A stretch of DNA of 61,805 nt, counting the filler. It is 9 parts of 9 records of this genome, joined end to end, with 100 filler letters (N's around TTAATTAATTAA, not from the genome) between each part and the next. Parts side by side here need not be neighbours in the genome. Positions count along the whole stretch, not along the records: positions 8,423 to 18,033 come from SRR7504441_4069; positions 18,134 to 28,476 come from SRR7504441_4077; 7 more parts are not named here. The stretch is one strand, 5' to 3'. The position numbers were made by a program, and so were the translations under genes. Each line of letters starts with the position of its first letter. Position 1 is the first letter of the stretch. This document shows, in pieces, positions 8,733 to 21,200 of the stretch. A model generated the notes under the pieces. It saw only the letters and a program-made list of their open reading frames with translations. It searched no databases and had not been told where the DNA came from.

Positions 8733-11700
8733 CTACAGTGTTATGTGCTTGACACCACCTTTCCCATGCGGGCTCAGTAGCGCGTCTTCTCCAGCGCACA
8801 TATGCTCTGCACTGGCGTACATATCATTCACATGCTCTGCACTGGACGTGTCAGTCGAGTTGGATTCTCCGGCGAGCTCGAGGGGGACGACGCCCATTGC
8901 CGAATTGTCGATGCGACTGATCGATGCGACTTGCAGCTCCAGATCGTCCAGATGCAGAGTCTCGTCATGAACGCGGCCAGTCACAGTTTTGTTCTGGGGG
9001 TCGTCGTCTAATTCGAGCTCTTCAGCTTGTGCTTCATGAATGCTGACGGCCAGGTGGGCAGAATCATCGGACCTGGGTGAGCCATCCTGCCACAGCAACA
9101 CTCAATATTTGCTACACACATCTAAGTCCACCTGAAGCCCCTGCAGATCGTCTAGATCTATCTCCTGCACCTTCTGCTCTATCTCCTGCAGATCGTCGTC
9201 GCTTAGCGCAGCAACTGCAGTATCACGGTGAGAAGGAGAATTTGGATTACGCAGAACTGCTTCAAGGCGAAGCCTTCGAGCAGTTGGTGAGCGGGGGCTG
9301 GCGGCGTAAGTGTGGGCCCGAGCTGTGCTGGACGAGCTTCGCCTCTGCACCTCAGCTGGCGATTCCTTCACCCCGATCTGAGGAACCAGGAACTCGACTG
9401 GAGGCGCCTCCGTCGAGTTGCTCATTTGGAGGAGCAGGGTGGCTGCATCGCTGGCCCAGGCATGCCGCCGGGTGTCGAGCTCCACTGGGAGCTCTGGGCC
9501 GCCGAATGCAGCTCGCCGGGCCTTATTGAGCGCTCTCTTGATATCCAGCAGGTTCTCCTCTCGGTCGGGCAGCGCGCGAGTTGAAAGCTGCGCCCTGAGC
9601 CTCTTGAATTCGGTATTGAGTGTCCCCAAGTTCTCCAGGCGCTCATCGGTTTTGTCTCCATCTGCCAACCGGGGTAAGCCAGCCGGATGGCAGCTGTGGG
9701 CACCGCCTACTGGTATGGTAGCAATTAGCTCGTCAGCGACTCCAAGGATAGCGTCAAGCTTGTGCTGGTTGACGAGCTCGATCCCGACCTTCCGGTCGAT
9801 AATGTCGCCAAACACCTCAAACAGCCTCATCCTCTCCTCATCCTGGTTGTACTCGGCCTCGAGGGACACGTCTAACGCGTGCTGGAGCTCGGCCACCACC
9901 GCCTGCTGGCCTATGAGCAGCGCTGAGTAGCCCTGCCAGCAGGCTGAGCCGAGCGCACCCAAAGCACTCACCACATAGGGGACGGCTAGCGCAGCCACCC
10001 TCTTTGAGACCGGATTGATGCCGGCCTCTTCTAGGTGTGCCATCACCTCGTCCCATTTTTCGAACAGCTCCTCCTGTACAAACATGCACAGATCCCCATG
10101 TGGGATCACTGCATGCGCCACAGCAAACGCCTGCTGGTCGAGCACCCTTTTGTTGATTGCACACTCCGATCCGACCCTTTCTGGCTTCCCGGAGCAATTC
10201 TTCCAGGCGCAACTATCTGGGGGTACGGTAGAGCCATTGACTTGAAAAGACAGGTCACAGCGTGAACACCTGTATGTGACGACCTCGGCCTCGTCAGAGG
10301 GCACATTCAGAGCCCACAGAGCTGGAATAAGGCCAGGAAGCACCACTTTAACCTCCTCTTCTGGCATCTCCTGCAGCCTGCACCAAACTATGAGCCTACA
10401 CACATAACAGCTGCACCTGATTGCCGTCGCGCCCAGCAGAAAGTGTGAAATGGTGGAGTTGTACTTGGGCGATACGCTCAACAGCGTCTCGGCTAGAATT
10501 TTCTGAACCCCTGGGCTCAGACAACTAGACCGGCTCTGCGAGACCTTGAGCAAGAAGAGCAAATGAGACCCAGTCTTGAGAGTGAGACCAGTGATAATCT
10601 TTAGAGTGCCATCACGAGCGTCGCTCAGGTGGGTGCTGTTCAAGACCTTGGTAGTGCAAGCTTGTACTAGCCGCTCCACATTCTCATCGCTGGCAAACTG
10701 GCCATTAGCCTTGATTGCGCTAGCCTCGACTACAGCACAAATCAACTTGATGGTGATGTCGTCGGCGTGCAACGAGTTCAAGTGTGAGCTGATCTTTGAA
10801 CAAAGCTGCGTCAATGCGTATGTTGGCATGCTTTGCGGTTGTTTTTCCTCTTCGCTTTCCTCTGCAGCACGTTTCCTTTGAGCTTGTTCACTCAAGGTTG
10901 TCATTGATTCCAAGGTGCGAGTGATTGTTACATCCTGACTCGATTGACCAGATGCCCCTGCGGGCATAAGTAAGCTACTCACTTGACGGAGGAAGATTAA
11001 GATCTGCTCTGGTCCACCTCTGATCGCTTCGTCCCGGCACAATCGGACTGTGGTGCGGTCCACCTCGGTCCACAGCTTGGCATCGATCCAATCTGGACTG
11101 CGTAGGGCCTTGACTTCAAACAGGTGCAAAGCTTCCTCGGTGAGCCGATGCGCATCCCTAAGGCAAAGCTTCTCCACAATTCCTTCCTTTAGATGAGCGG
11201 CCTTCGCAACTCCCTTTTTGCCCTTGGGAGCCGCCGCCTTCTTGTTGCTTTCGTCTTGGGCCAGACGCATAATATCTACCGGATCCTCCGAAGTACTTAG
11301 CCGCTGTAGCATGTCAAGCGAAGCCTGCCGAGACGAAACGTCGCTGTCCTCTGCAGCAAATATATCTGCGACCGCTTGGTGCACCATTACCGGAACAAAG
11401 CGCAGCACCACACGCGGTACCTCTGGAGGCAGTGCATCGCGCATCTTGGCGATGCACACCTCTCGCATCGCCCACACCAGGCGGGCTTGCTTGCGTACTC
11501 CGCGGCAGAGCAGTTTGAGCAGCTTGACTGTGGCTTGCTTGATCATTGTCTCGAATGGATTCCCTGGCATGCAGCAAGTGCAACAGGCGACCTCGGCGGC
11601 GGCAACAGCGTTCAGATATTCCCAAGTCAGACCAATGTCGTTGGCAGTCTCACAACACGAACGGATGGCGGCGATTGCCAGCTCGATCTCGAACATGCCA

Positions 11701-14700
11701 GCCGCTCGGAGCTGGGCCCTTTTGTGAACCCCTGGATTGGCTGGCTGGGACGCCAGAATAGTGTCCAGGATGTGGCCCATCGCCTGCAACACGGCTGAGC
11801 TGGCCAATGAGTCGAGGCTTTGCCTGCTCCAACTCGCCGACAACAATATTGTTGATAGTTGGCACCAAGCCCACGCCGTCCAGCTGCCTGCAGCACCGCT
11901 CAGCGCTGTGCTCATTAGCAAACCGGCACCTGCATATCGTGCATACAATCATGGCACAGTCTCGGCGCGAGCTTGTCTGCAGCAGTCTTTCTAGATCCAT
12001 CATGAACTGCATATTGCCGTCCGACCCTGAGTAGTCTCCCCACCATTCGTGCGTGTTTAATTGCTCTTCCATTGCATCGATTGCTTCCACTGCCGCGTCT
12101 GTCTTTGTGAACAGGGGTTTTGATTGGCCAGGAATGGTCTGCTGCATGTGTCTTTTGGCCTGCTTGAGCATGCTCGACATACGAGAGGGTTTGGGAGGAT
12201 TATCCATGACTTCCTTTATCTTCTTAGCCACGAGCTGCCCAGGCTCTCAGGCCCGCCTAAACCAGCGCAAGCCATGTACCTGCTCAGGTGAAAGCTGCTT
12301 ATTTTGTTGGTAAAAGCTGTAGGCCAGGGAAGCAAACACAAGGAAAATAAGCACGTTGCAGGTGGCAATTATTGCGCTCGTAAGGTCTTTGCCTGTCCTG
12401 GCTCGCCCGGGCCAAGCAATGGTTCTCACTGAACTCATCCTGCTCAGTGTACTCAGAATTGGCTTTGAGTAAGACAGCTGCAAAACAAAGCATTCGTACA
12501 ATCACCCAGCCGCAGCAAGCACCGCTGAAGATGGTCAAAAGAGTAGCCAACATAGCAGACCAAGCAAATTGACCCACAGTAGGCGATCTGTAGGGCTGGA
12601 TCTTTATTTGAAGCACGAGGAACAAGAGGCACATCAGGAAGGCAAAAGCAAGCTGCCCAAGCGAGCCGGGCTTGACTGAAACCAGCCCACACGGTCAGCA
12701 GCTGTGCCTCCTGGACTAGGGCTCGGCACACCAAACATTACGATGCTTGTGAGAGAAAACTTCCTCAGCATTTCAATCTGCACCCAAGCTGAGTCAATCC
12801 AACCAAGCCAGTTGGCACCTCCTCCCAGTAGATGGCGTGCAGTGCATACGAATCGTACAATGTGCCGTACCGTCCGTCGACCCGTTCATGTTCTTTATGA
12901 AATGTCATCTCCTGCCGCAACTGATCCTCCAGTTCCTCTACCTCCAGCTGCCGCTCTGCAATTCGCTTGACTAAGTCTGGCGCAGCAAGCACAGTCTCCA
13001 GGTTTGTGACGAGTGGTTTGAACTCATTCAACTTTGTGAGGGCCTCATCTCGCTTTGCCTGTGTTGCCTCCACGTCGATGATAATAATATCATAGTGCAG
13101 CCATAGCTTGATGGCCACAAATAATGGGATTCCAATTGGATAGATCAGGGCCATTATACCGGAATAAATGGCGTAGAAGTCCCACTCGCTGTCGTAACAT
13201 TCAATCCTGTAGTCGGCCACAAGATAACTGACCTCGTCAATCTCCCGGCACAAAAAGGTCATCATAACTGTGGCTGAGACTCCTGGGTAGATCAGGAACA
13301 GAACAAACATCATACCCTTTATGTGACTGTTCAAAATCGGATCGAATTTCTCGTCTGTGTCCTTCCCGCAAAAACCGAATGCGCGCCACAAGCATGCAGA
13401 GGCCATTACGCAGATAACTCCAACAATAGGGACCAAAGTTACGACAAGAAGCTGATCGTAAAAGTTGGATTCCACGATGCAGTCGAGGGCTACGATCTCT
13501 CCTAGCTGAAAATTGAGGAATGCGAACATGCTCATCCATTCTGTCATGAAAGTTGGCCACTCGACGTCGATGTTGACCACAAATGGTGCAATCACTTGGA
13601 AGAAGGAGATCAGAATCATTAGCTGAGCCATCAGCACGTCTTTGAGCTTTCCGAGAACTCCCAGGACCTTGCTGATGTCTTCAATGTGGCCCAAGGCATC
13701 CAGCGCGTCCGTGAGCTTCTTCATGTTAACTCCCTTCAGTGCCATTTTCGCTTGTGCCCTGAGTGCCCTCAGCCGCTTCAAGTTTTTCAGATCCTTCCGG
13801 ATTTCTCGGACGTCCAGCGCTTCTGCTCTCGATTTCGCCTGAGATACTGAGTCCTCGACGCCGGCAGAGCTCGAATCTTCTATAGCGCCCATGGCGAGGT
13901 CTAATTTTTCATATACAGCTTCTGCCTTCTGTATCATACGCATCCGGTCGCCAACTGTATATTTTTCGGCATTCGCAGCTTCTTCTGCTATCTTTTCAAC
14001 CTCATCGGCCTGTGAGTGCTCTCCCTGAGCTCGCAGCTTGGCAACAAACTTGTATGCGATAGCGAGTTTGATCCGTAGCTGTTCCTCGTCTATGTCTGTC
14101 CCAGCTCGGCTATGGTCACTTGGTGGTTGCGGCGCACTGCTGTCCATTTTCATATCGTCCATTTCAATCTCGGTTGTGCCATTGGCCTTGCCAGCCAAGG
14201 GATTCGAGTACACTTCAAGTTTGCCTTCTAGCATTGCCTCTTGTGCAGCCAATCTTGCGTCTTCGTCTTGTACATCTTCTTCGTCTTCCTCGTCTTCACT
14301 AGTTGATTCCCTCTCCTCTTCCTCGTCTTGAAACACGTATTTGTATACTATAATGCTCGCAACAACGAGCAAGATGATCACCAGGCCAAGTGCAACAAAA
14401 GTTGGGACCAGTGTGTCACTTGAGCCGCAAGGCACGCAGCCCGTCTCCCTCAAGGTGCCTCCTTCAGTGCAGATTGCACACGTTGGTCCCATGTACCCTT
14501 CCTCGCACGAGTCGGACTTCTCATCTCGTCGAGTTACACTTGAATCTGTCGATCCCTTGCAGCTGTCAAACCTGCATTTGTATATCTTGCTATTTAGCTC
14601 GCCAGTCTGTGATCGCCAATACCCTGCCAGCGGATAGAACCGTTCGGAGCCATCGCAAACAGCTCCCGCGGGGCACTTCAAGCACTCTCCTTCCGGATTT

Positions 14701-17700
14701 ACGTACTCGTTTGGACTGCAGAGGTACTCGTATGTCAAGTTACTCCTGAGCCACTCCTGCCCATTATTGAATGACACGGACACGTCGACTGGTCCAGCCT
14801 TCTCTGATGGAGGCGGAAGGCACATGAACGATCCCTTTTCCAAACTTGACTCATCGGCAGCAGCAGTCTCGCTTCCAAACTTGCAAACAAATGACGCAAA
14901 ATCCAAATCCTCTAGCGTGAGCAGGTCCTCCAACTTTTCGAGCATCATGGTAACTGGCCCTCCACCCGTGTTGCCGCCAGCTTTGAGTCCAGACTTGGGC
15001 GAGATGTCGGTCACGGACATCACTTCAGGATTGTAAATGTAAAATGGCCTGGAGTTCTGCCCCCCAGTAAGTCCAACTTGCACAGTGCGGATCCCATAAG
15101 CCATCTCTTCCGCTGTCACTGTGCTACCGAGGTGGCCACAGAGCTCATTGTCGCGATCGGAGCAGGCATTTCTGATTGGAGGCACAAGCTCAGATCCGAA
15201 TTGAATTTGGTACGAGTAGTTCAACAGCACCTCGCCATCCCCTCGAAGCGTGGAGAGAACGCTACCGTTTGCTGCCCCAACATTAGGTGTGACGCCCTTG
15301 TAAAATGATAGCTTGGGGCCGACAGTACGGAGCTCGGTCGGCTTACTTACTCCAAGAGCCTTGATCCCGCCGAGCGTTAGTGTGCCCTTAGATGCATCCT
15401 TCTGCCATTCCTCGAGTATCCCATATGCGGCCTCATCCTCCACTATGAGGCTTGTGGTGACTGTGATGCTGTTACCAGCTGATTCACGAGCGCTCGATGT
15501 GAGCGTCGCGAGCGAGGTCTTCAACCCTATCGCCACTGCATTGTCAAAGTTGCCCTTCCTATCGGCCCACTCGTCGATTGAGAGATCCATCTGCAGCGTG
15601 AAAGATAGTTTAGTGAGCTCTACCACAGCCAAGACTGTGATGACTGTGCTGTACGGGCTCCAAGCGCCGGCTCCTAGTGAGTTGGCCAGCCTAACGCGGA
15701 ATACCACTTTGTCCCCGGGTACCAGATTTTCCCATGTGTACGTCTCAGTGGCGCCTGATAGGGCCGAGTCGAACCCAGTTGAATCGGCCTGTACATTGCC
15801 AGTCCGCTCTGTCGTATTCCACTTCGCGACCAGGACTTGGTTGCAAGAGCCACCAAAGTTCTGCGGACTGCAGGTGGCGATCTGTACAATTGAGTACTCC
15901 AGGCTGTTGCCTCCGCCCAAGTCAGTCGCGATCCAGGCCACGGTGGCTGACTTGGTCCCTGGTGCGACTGTTGGTCTGAGCGCAGGTCCGGGAACATCCA
16001 TAACGGTGCAGCTTCCACCGTTATAACCAGTTATAGCCTCGTTGTCGCAGAATGTATCTCGGGCTCTGTCGCATGCAACAAATTCGTTGCTCCATGTGCT
16101 CCAGCCTGAGGATGTGTTGACTTGGAACCGGAACATGTAGGGCGTGTGCGGGTTCATCCCGGTGGCATTGAACAGGATCCGGAGAGTCTTGTTGGACAGA
16201 GTACTGTTTGAATCAGTCCAGTCGGACAGCCAGATATCCTTATGTGTGTAGCTTGTGACCGTTCCGTCAGGTTGTGTCCAGCCAACGCTGTATGGCCCCA
16301 AGGACATCTGCTGGATCTGCATACTTAGCCAATCAACAGTACCATTGATTTTGCCAGTGACTTCAGCCATAAGCCCAATTACTGCCCATCGACCGCCTCG
16401 GGCAGTCCACTGTTTAGCACGGAGTTCGCCAGCATATACTCGGTCGCGACCTTTATAGAGGACGTTTCCCTTTTTACGAGACGAAAACACCACGGCGGTC
16501 TCCTCCTTCCAAGCAGAGCTATTGAAGTTATTATCAACTTGCTCGATAAACTCCTCTGTTGGGCCGTTGGATACGTCACTCCAATAACTTTCGACGCAAG
16601 AGGTGGAAAGTACAGTTGTTATAATCGCTGTGTCTGGAGGTTCACACACCGAGTCAATGCTAGCACCAGATGCAGTGACTTCTTTGCCAACCTCCTGAAT
16701 TCCAATCGGCGTGGTCGTTGCAATCGGCGTGGTCGTTGCCTTAGAACACGAGCTCCTATATTCGGCCATCTCCGTACTCCAGATGCAAAAGGCCCCAACC
16801 TTTAGCCTCCAATTGATGTTGGTGATCGTGCCATTGGTGTCGAGGTTGTCCGTACAATTGGTGCTGATGACCGTGCCCGCGCCTAGGCCTGCAGTGTCGA
16901 TGGGACCACAGCGCATATATTTAATCAGCTCGGTCTTTGCCTTAGGAGATTGACTAGAACACGAGCTCCTATATTCGGCCGTCTCCGTACTCCAGATGCA
17001 AAAGGTATCAACCGTTGGCCTGTCCGTACAATTGGTCTCGATGACCTTGCCTGCGTCTAGACCGGGATGTCTGACCGTGCCCGCGTCATAGACCGCGCGT
17101 GCAGTGTCGATGGGATCGCAGGGAGCGTACGTTGGCTCGTTTGTGGGAGTGTAACTGGGAGCCGGTGTCCCTGTCGGAGCCTCTGTCGGATCTGTCGGAG
17201 CCTCTGTCGGAGCTGTAGTTGGCTCGTTTGTGGGAGCCGCTGTAGTTGGCACCTTTGTAGGTGATGTTGTAGGAGCCGCTGTGGTTGGCACATTTGTAGG
17301 TGTGAGTGCTGTAGGAGCCGCTGTGGTCGGAGCGTGAGTTGGCCCGCTGAGATCAAAGTAGTCGCCTGTGTAAATATTTTTGGAAAAGTAGAAGATGCGC
17401 TTGTTCGTCTCCTGGGGCGAAATTCGAAGTATCCTATTAGTTGCAGTTCCGTTCCACCGATCATAAAAATCCTGCTCGGATACTTCGTCACTATCCAGCT
17501 GATAGCCCACCCCGTCCGAATAGTTTGACTCTGGAGGAAACTCTTTAGAAAGCATGAACGGATGAGAATCGAGCGCCTTGCTGGACACATTGAAGAAGTA
17601 GCTTGTCCCACGGATAAGTTTGAGGGCTGGTGCCAGTTGTTGGTCAATCGTAAACCTGTTGTGATGTACATCAAAGCCCACAATTAATAATACACTCGAC

Positions 17701-18033
17701 TCATAAGTAGGTGCACCGGTCGGTGCCTCGGTCGGTGCCTGTGTCGAGCAGTTCTTGCCGTCGCCATTAAAGCCACTAGGGCACCGATCACATGTGAAAC
17801 CTGTTCCAGGCGCAGGCCGGTCGTGGCAGGTGACCCCCTCGAAGCATGGATCGTCTGCACAGCCGTTTGTATCTGTGCACGATGTCCCGTTGCCACTGTA
17901 CCCGATGTTGCATGTACAAGTGTGCTGGCCAGGCCCAACGTGGTTGCATCTAGCATTGGCATCACAATCATCTTCGTCAATGTCGCATGGGAAGATCTCG
18001 GCACAGGTGGTGCCATTGAAGCTGAATCCATCA
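8733..18033 (-). CDS. Giant multi-exon cell-surface multi-pass receptor-like protein (EGF, PT-rich, FN3, IPT/TIG, Cys-rich, multi-TM, long cytoplasmic tail), 5'-partial
   Basis: The frame is open from 18032 (EGF-like CDANARCNHVGPGQHTCTCNIGYSGNGTSC and CADDPCFEGVTC...CPSGFNGDGKNC) into the 1638-aa ORF. That ORF has FN3-like (FRVRLANSLGAGAWSPYS), IPT-like (VDVSVSFNNGQEW) and Cys-rich (CLKCPAGAVCDG...GYWR) segments plus TM helices. Short GT-AG introns near 12777-12817, 12675-12730, 12479-12523 and 12235-12279 give ...YWEE/IEMLRKFSLTSIVMF/VKPGSLGQLAF...QPYR.../LVAKKIKE, which links to the downstream 193-aa ORF. I did not resolve the junctions into the 948-aa and 122-aa ORFs. Confidence 0.75.
16742..17120 (-). 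repeat. Intragenic tandem duplication of a Cys-containing module
   Basis: C[DG]PIDTA...AG[KT]VI[ES]TNCTD...FCIWSTE[TM]AEYRSSCS occurs twice. About 50 nt starting at 16742 and 16955 are identical except for one base. Confidence 0.9.
17125..17340 (-). repeat. Mucin-like PT/TxAP coding repeat
   Basis: PTHAPTTAAPTALTPTNVPTTAAPTTSPTKVPTTAAPTNEPTTAPTEAPTDPTEAPT... Confidence 0.9.
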
Positions 18034-18133
18034 NNNNNNNNNNNNNNNNNNNNNNNNNNNNNNNNNNNNNNNNNNNNTTAATTAATTAANNNNNNNNNNN
18101 NNNNNNNNNNNNNNNNNNNNNNNNNNNNNNNNN
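18034..18133. other. Artificial contig linker
   Basis: Same 100-nt N/TTAATTAATTAA/N spacer. Confidence 0.99.
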
Positions 18134-18294
18134 CGTGTTCGAGGTATTTTATTTATCGGAACGAATTCGAAAATGGCGGGAGCCGACCCACAGTAGTAGA
18201 GTTGTTAGGACCTTTACTTGATTAAAGCAGTTCCTGAGGCAGAAAAAAATGTAGTATTTACTCGTACATTGATTATGAGGCTGACTTAATTAAA

Positions 18295-21200
18295 TTAATT
18301 GATCGAACCTGCAGGCGCACTCTGAATGACCTCCACCATTTCGGTGTAACAAGATTTGCCCACAATGACGTTGCCCTTAGCGTTGTTGAATATGTGACTC
18401 TTTTCCATCCAGCCCCTTCCTCGATCCTGAACGTTTAGACCAAGTCCAGAATTAGTGTGTATGCTACATCCATAGAATGTTGGATGAGATTCTGTCTTGA
18501 TTTCGACACCGTGGGCCGGATTCTTGGTACCATTACCAAAGATCTCACAGTCGCGCAGGGTGCACAGTGACTTTTGTATTGCTACCAGGCCTTGCTTCTT
18601 GCACTGCGAGATGGTGCACCCTTGCAACGTAGCACAGTCAGACGCACATCTATGTACAGCTCTATCATCGATTTGTGCAGACATTGGGTTACTCTTGATA
18701 GGGTGGAGTGTACCTTCAAGTTCAGGATTAGATCCTTCCATCGAAATATATACACCAACACCGCCACATTCGCTGACCACGCATTGACGAAACGTTCCTT
18801 TACCTCCATCCAAGATGTGTACCCCGTGAAAGCTTCCTTTCTGGACGGTGCACTGCTCAAAGGTGGGGTCGCCACCGCCTGTAATCCAATCATCAAACCT
18901 CAGGTTAAGACTATCGACAGGGGCTCACCTTCAACAACAACAGACCGGTCTTGGATCGAATGTATCACACACCTGCAGGTCAGCATCTCAGAATCTAACT
19001 TGTGCAGCACACAAAAGCAATATTATTTTCAATCCAGACCCTTCCAGGGAAGGCGCCGCTTCTTTTGCAACGTGAACTCCATTGCCCTCGCAAGTGTGTA
19101 TCGTGCAGCATACAAGGCGCACAGAAGCTCCATCGGTGGCGAGTACACCTTTTGAACACCCAAAATCACAAGGGTCAAATGAAAGCTACAAGCAGCTTGG
19201 AGTGACCGTCATGCGAAAAGTCTGAGAGTGTACATCCCTCGAGCACCCCACCTCCATTGCTTGCGAGTAGCCCATGAAGGACGCCATGAATGATGGTACA
19301 TTCTGTGAGACATGGACTTGCGTGATCGAAAATTTCCACCCCACATCCCTGATTACCATCTAGTGTGCAATGATGCAGAATGCCACCGACTGAGCGACCT
19401 CTGAAACATGCTCCAGCGGCCCCAGATGCCGTGAGAAGACACTGCTTCAAATGTGGATGGGATCCCCTGTCCTCGACCAGCAATCCTGCGCCCGAATTCG
19501 ATCCCACAGTACATCCCACAAGCTCCCCAGCTCCGCCGCGTTTGACATAAACACCTGGAAACGACACAAGTCAAGATCAGTCGAAGGCGACACATATTGC
19601 GTAGGCTGTGATAAGGCACACCGTGAGAAGCTCCATTCAAGATCTCACAGTTGGCCAGTAGAGGAGAGCTTTCGTTCTCGATCAAGACCTGCATCAATCA
19701 ACACAAGTTCACAGGCCACACAACGGGCCAATGCTCTACCTGCGGCCTTGCGTGTCCTGTGAGCTGGCAACGCTCAAGATGCCCCCGACCAGATTCATTT
19801 GCAAATAAAGCACTTGTCTGACCATCGCGCAGGATGCACTCTGTCAACACCTACAAGATCACAGCAGAGGGTCACACTCGATCTATGCTGCATAAAACCG
19901 GATCGCCACCAGACGTTGTTGCAAGCGAGGCACCCTGTTGCCATTGCACCACACAGCGCACAAAATCACCTGAAACAGGAACAAAAGGGTGTGAGTCCAT
20001 TAAGATAATGCAAGATGAACCTGTTCCGTTGTTACATACAAAAATCCCGGCTTGTTGCCCATGTTGTATCATGCAGTCTTCGAAAGTCGGCGCAGCATTC
20101 GTCGACACTTGAATACTATGCGACGTGCAATTGGTGATCAACAAATTCTTAAAGACTCCCTGTCAGATCAACAATCTGAGACTAAGTTAAGAGACGCTGT
20201 CCGACCTTGCCGCAATCACGAGCATGGACCGCGCTAGTGTTCAAATCCAGTGTACAATTATCCATAAGTGGGTCCGCCCCAGAAGCAACCGCGAAACCAG
20301 TGCCCTTGTTTCGTGCCAATGAGCACCCTGCAGACAATGCGGTGATATTTTGCCTAAAAGGAAAGCACCGTTGAACTGTCCTCGGCCACCGTCCAGGGTA
20401 CTGACACCTTCCCTCTCCCCATCCGAAAGCTGGCAGTTGGAGACAGTCGGATGGCCTGCCTTGGTCGTCTGCACTGCTGCTAATCTGCACACAAAAGATT
20501 ATATTCGATGTGGACAAGGCGCATGGAGCTCACTTGTTGTGTGACACGGTGCAATTCTCGAAAGTGCCAAGACCGTCATGGGTTACTTTTACACCAGTCC
20601 CCTATCGATTTGCAAGAGTCAGAAATCTACTGAGCATTCTCTCAACCTGGTTGCACGTTATGACGCACTGGATTAGCTTTGGATTCCCACGTTTGGCAAT
20701 TCCAACACCATCTCCCTGCAAGAAACAGCAATGTGATCCCACCAGCACTTAAATATGCCTGACAGTCCTCGATCTTACAGTGAAGCAACTGCCCTAAGCC
20801 TTCATTGAATACTCGCAGGCCTTGCTCCAACCCTCCAGTGATGATACAGTGCTCAAGCAGCGGATCACCTGACATCGGCATACGCTTAGTTCTCAGCGAT
20901 CACTGGGCAAGGTCACCTCCAGAAGTGATCACAACTGAATGTTCAGCACAGCTCTTGATTTCACAACGCAGCATTCGTCCTTCGGCATTGTCCCGAAACA
21001 GTACACCACGTCCAAATTGCTCCCAAACCTCCGTGTCCCGAATCTGGAGCAGCGAAATGTCAGTAGCCACTTTCAGGAAGCATTCCAACACAATACCTCG
21101 GGCTTGCCCCCTGAATGGACATCGATTCCGCCGCATCGATTGTGCCGTACATGACATAGTTCGAAACTCCCTTTACCTTGTCTTCCCACCTCAATGCCGG

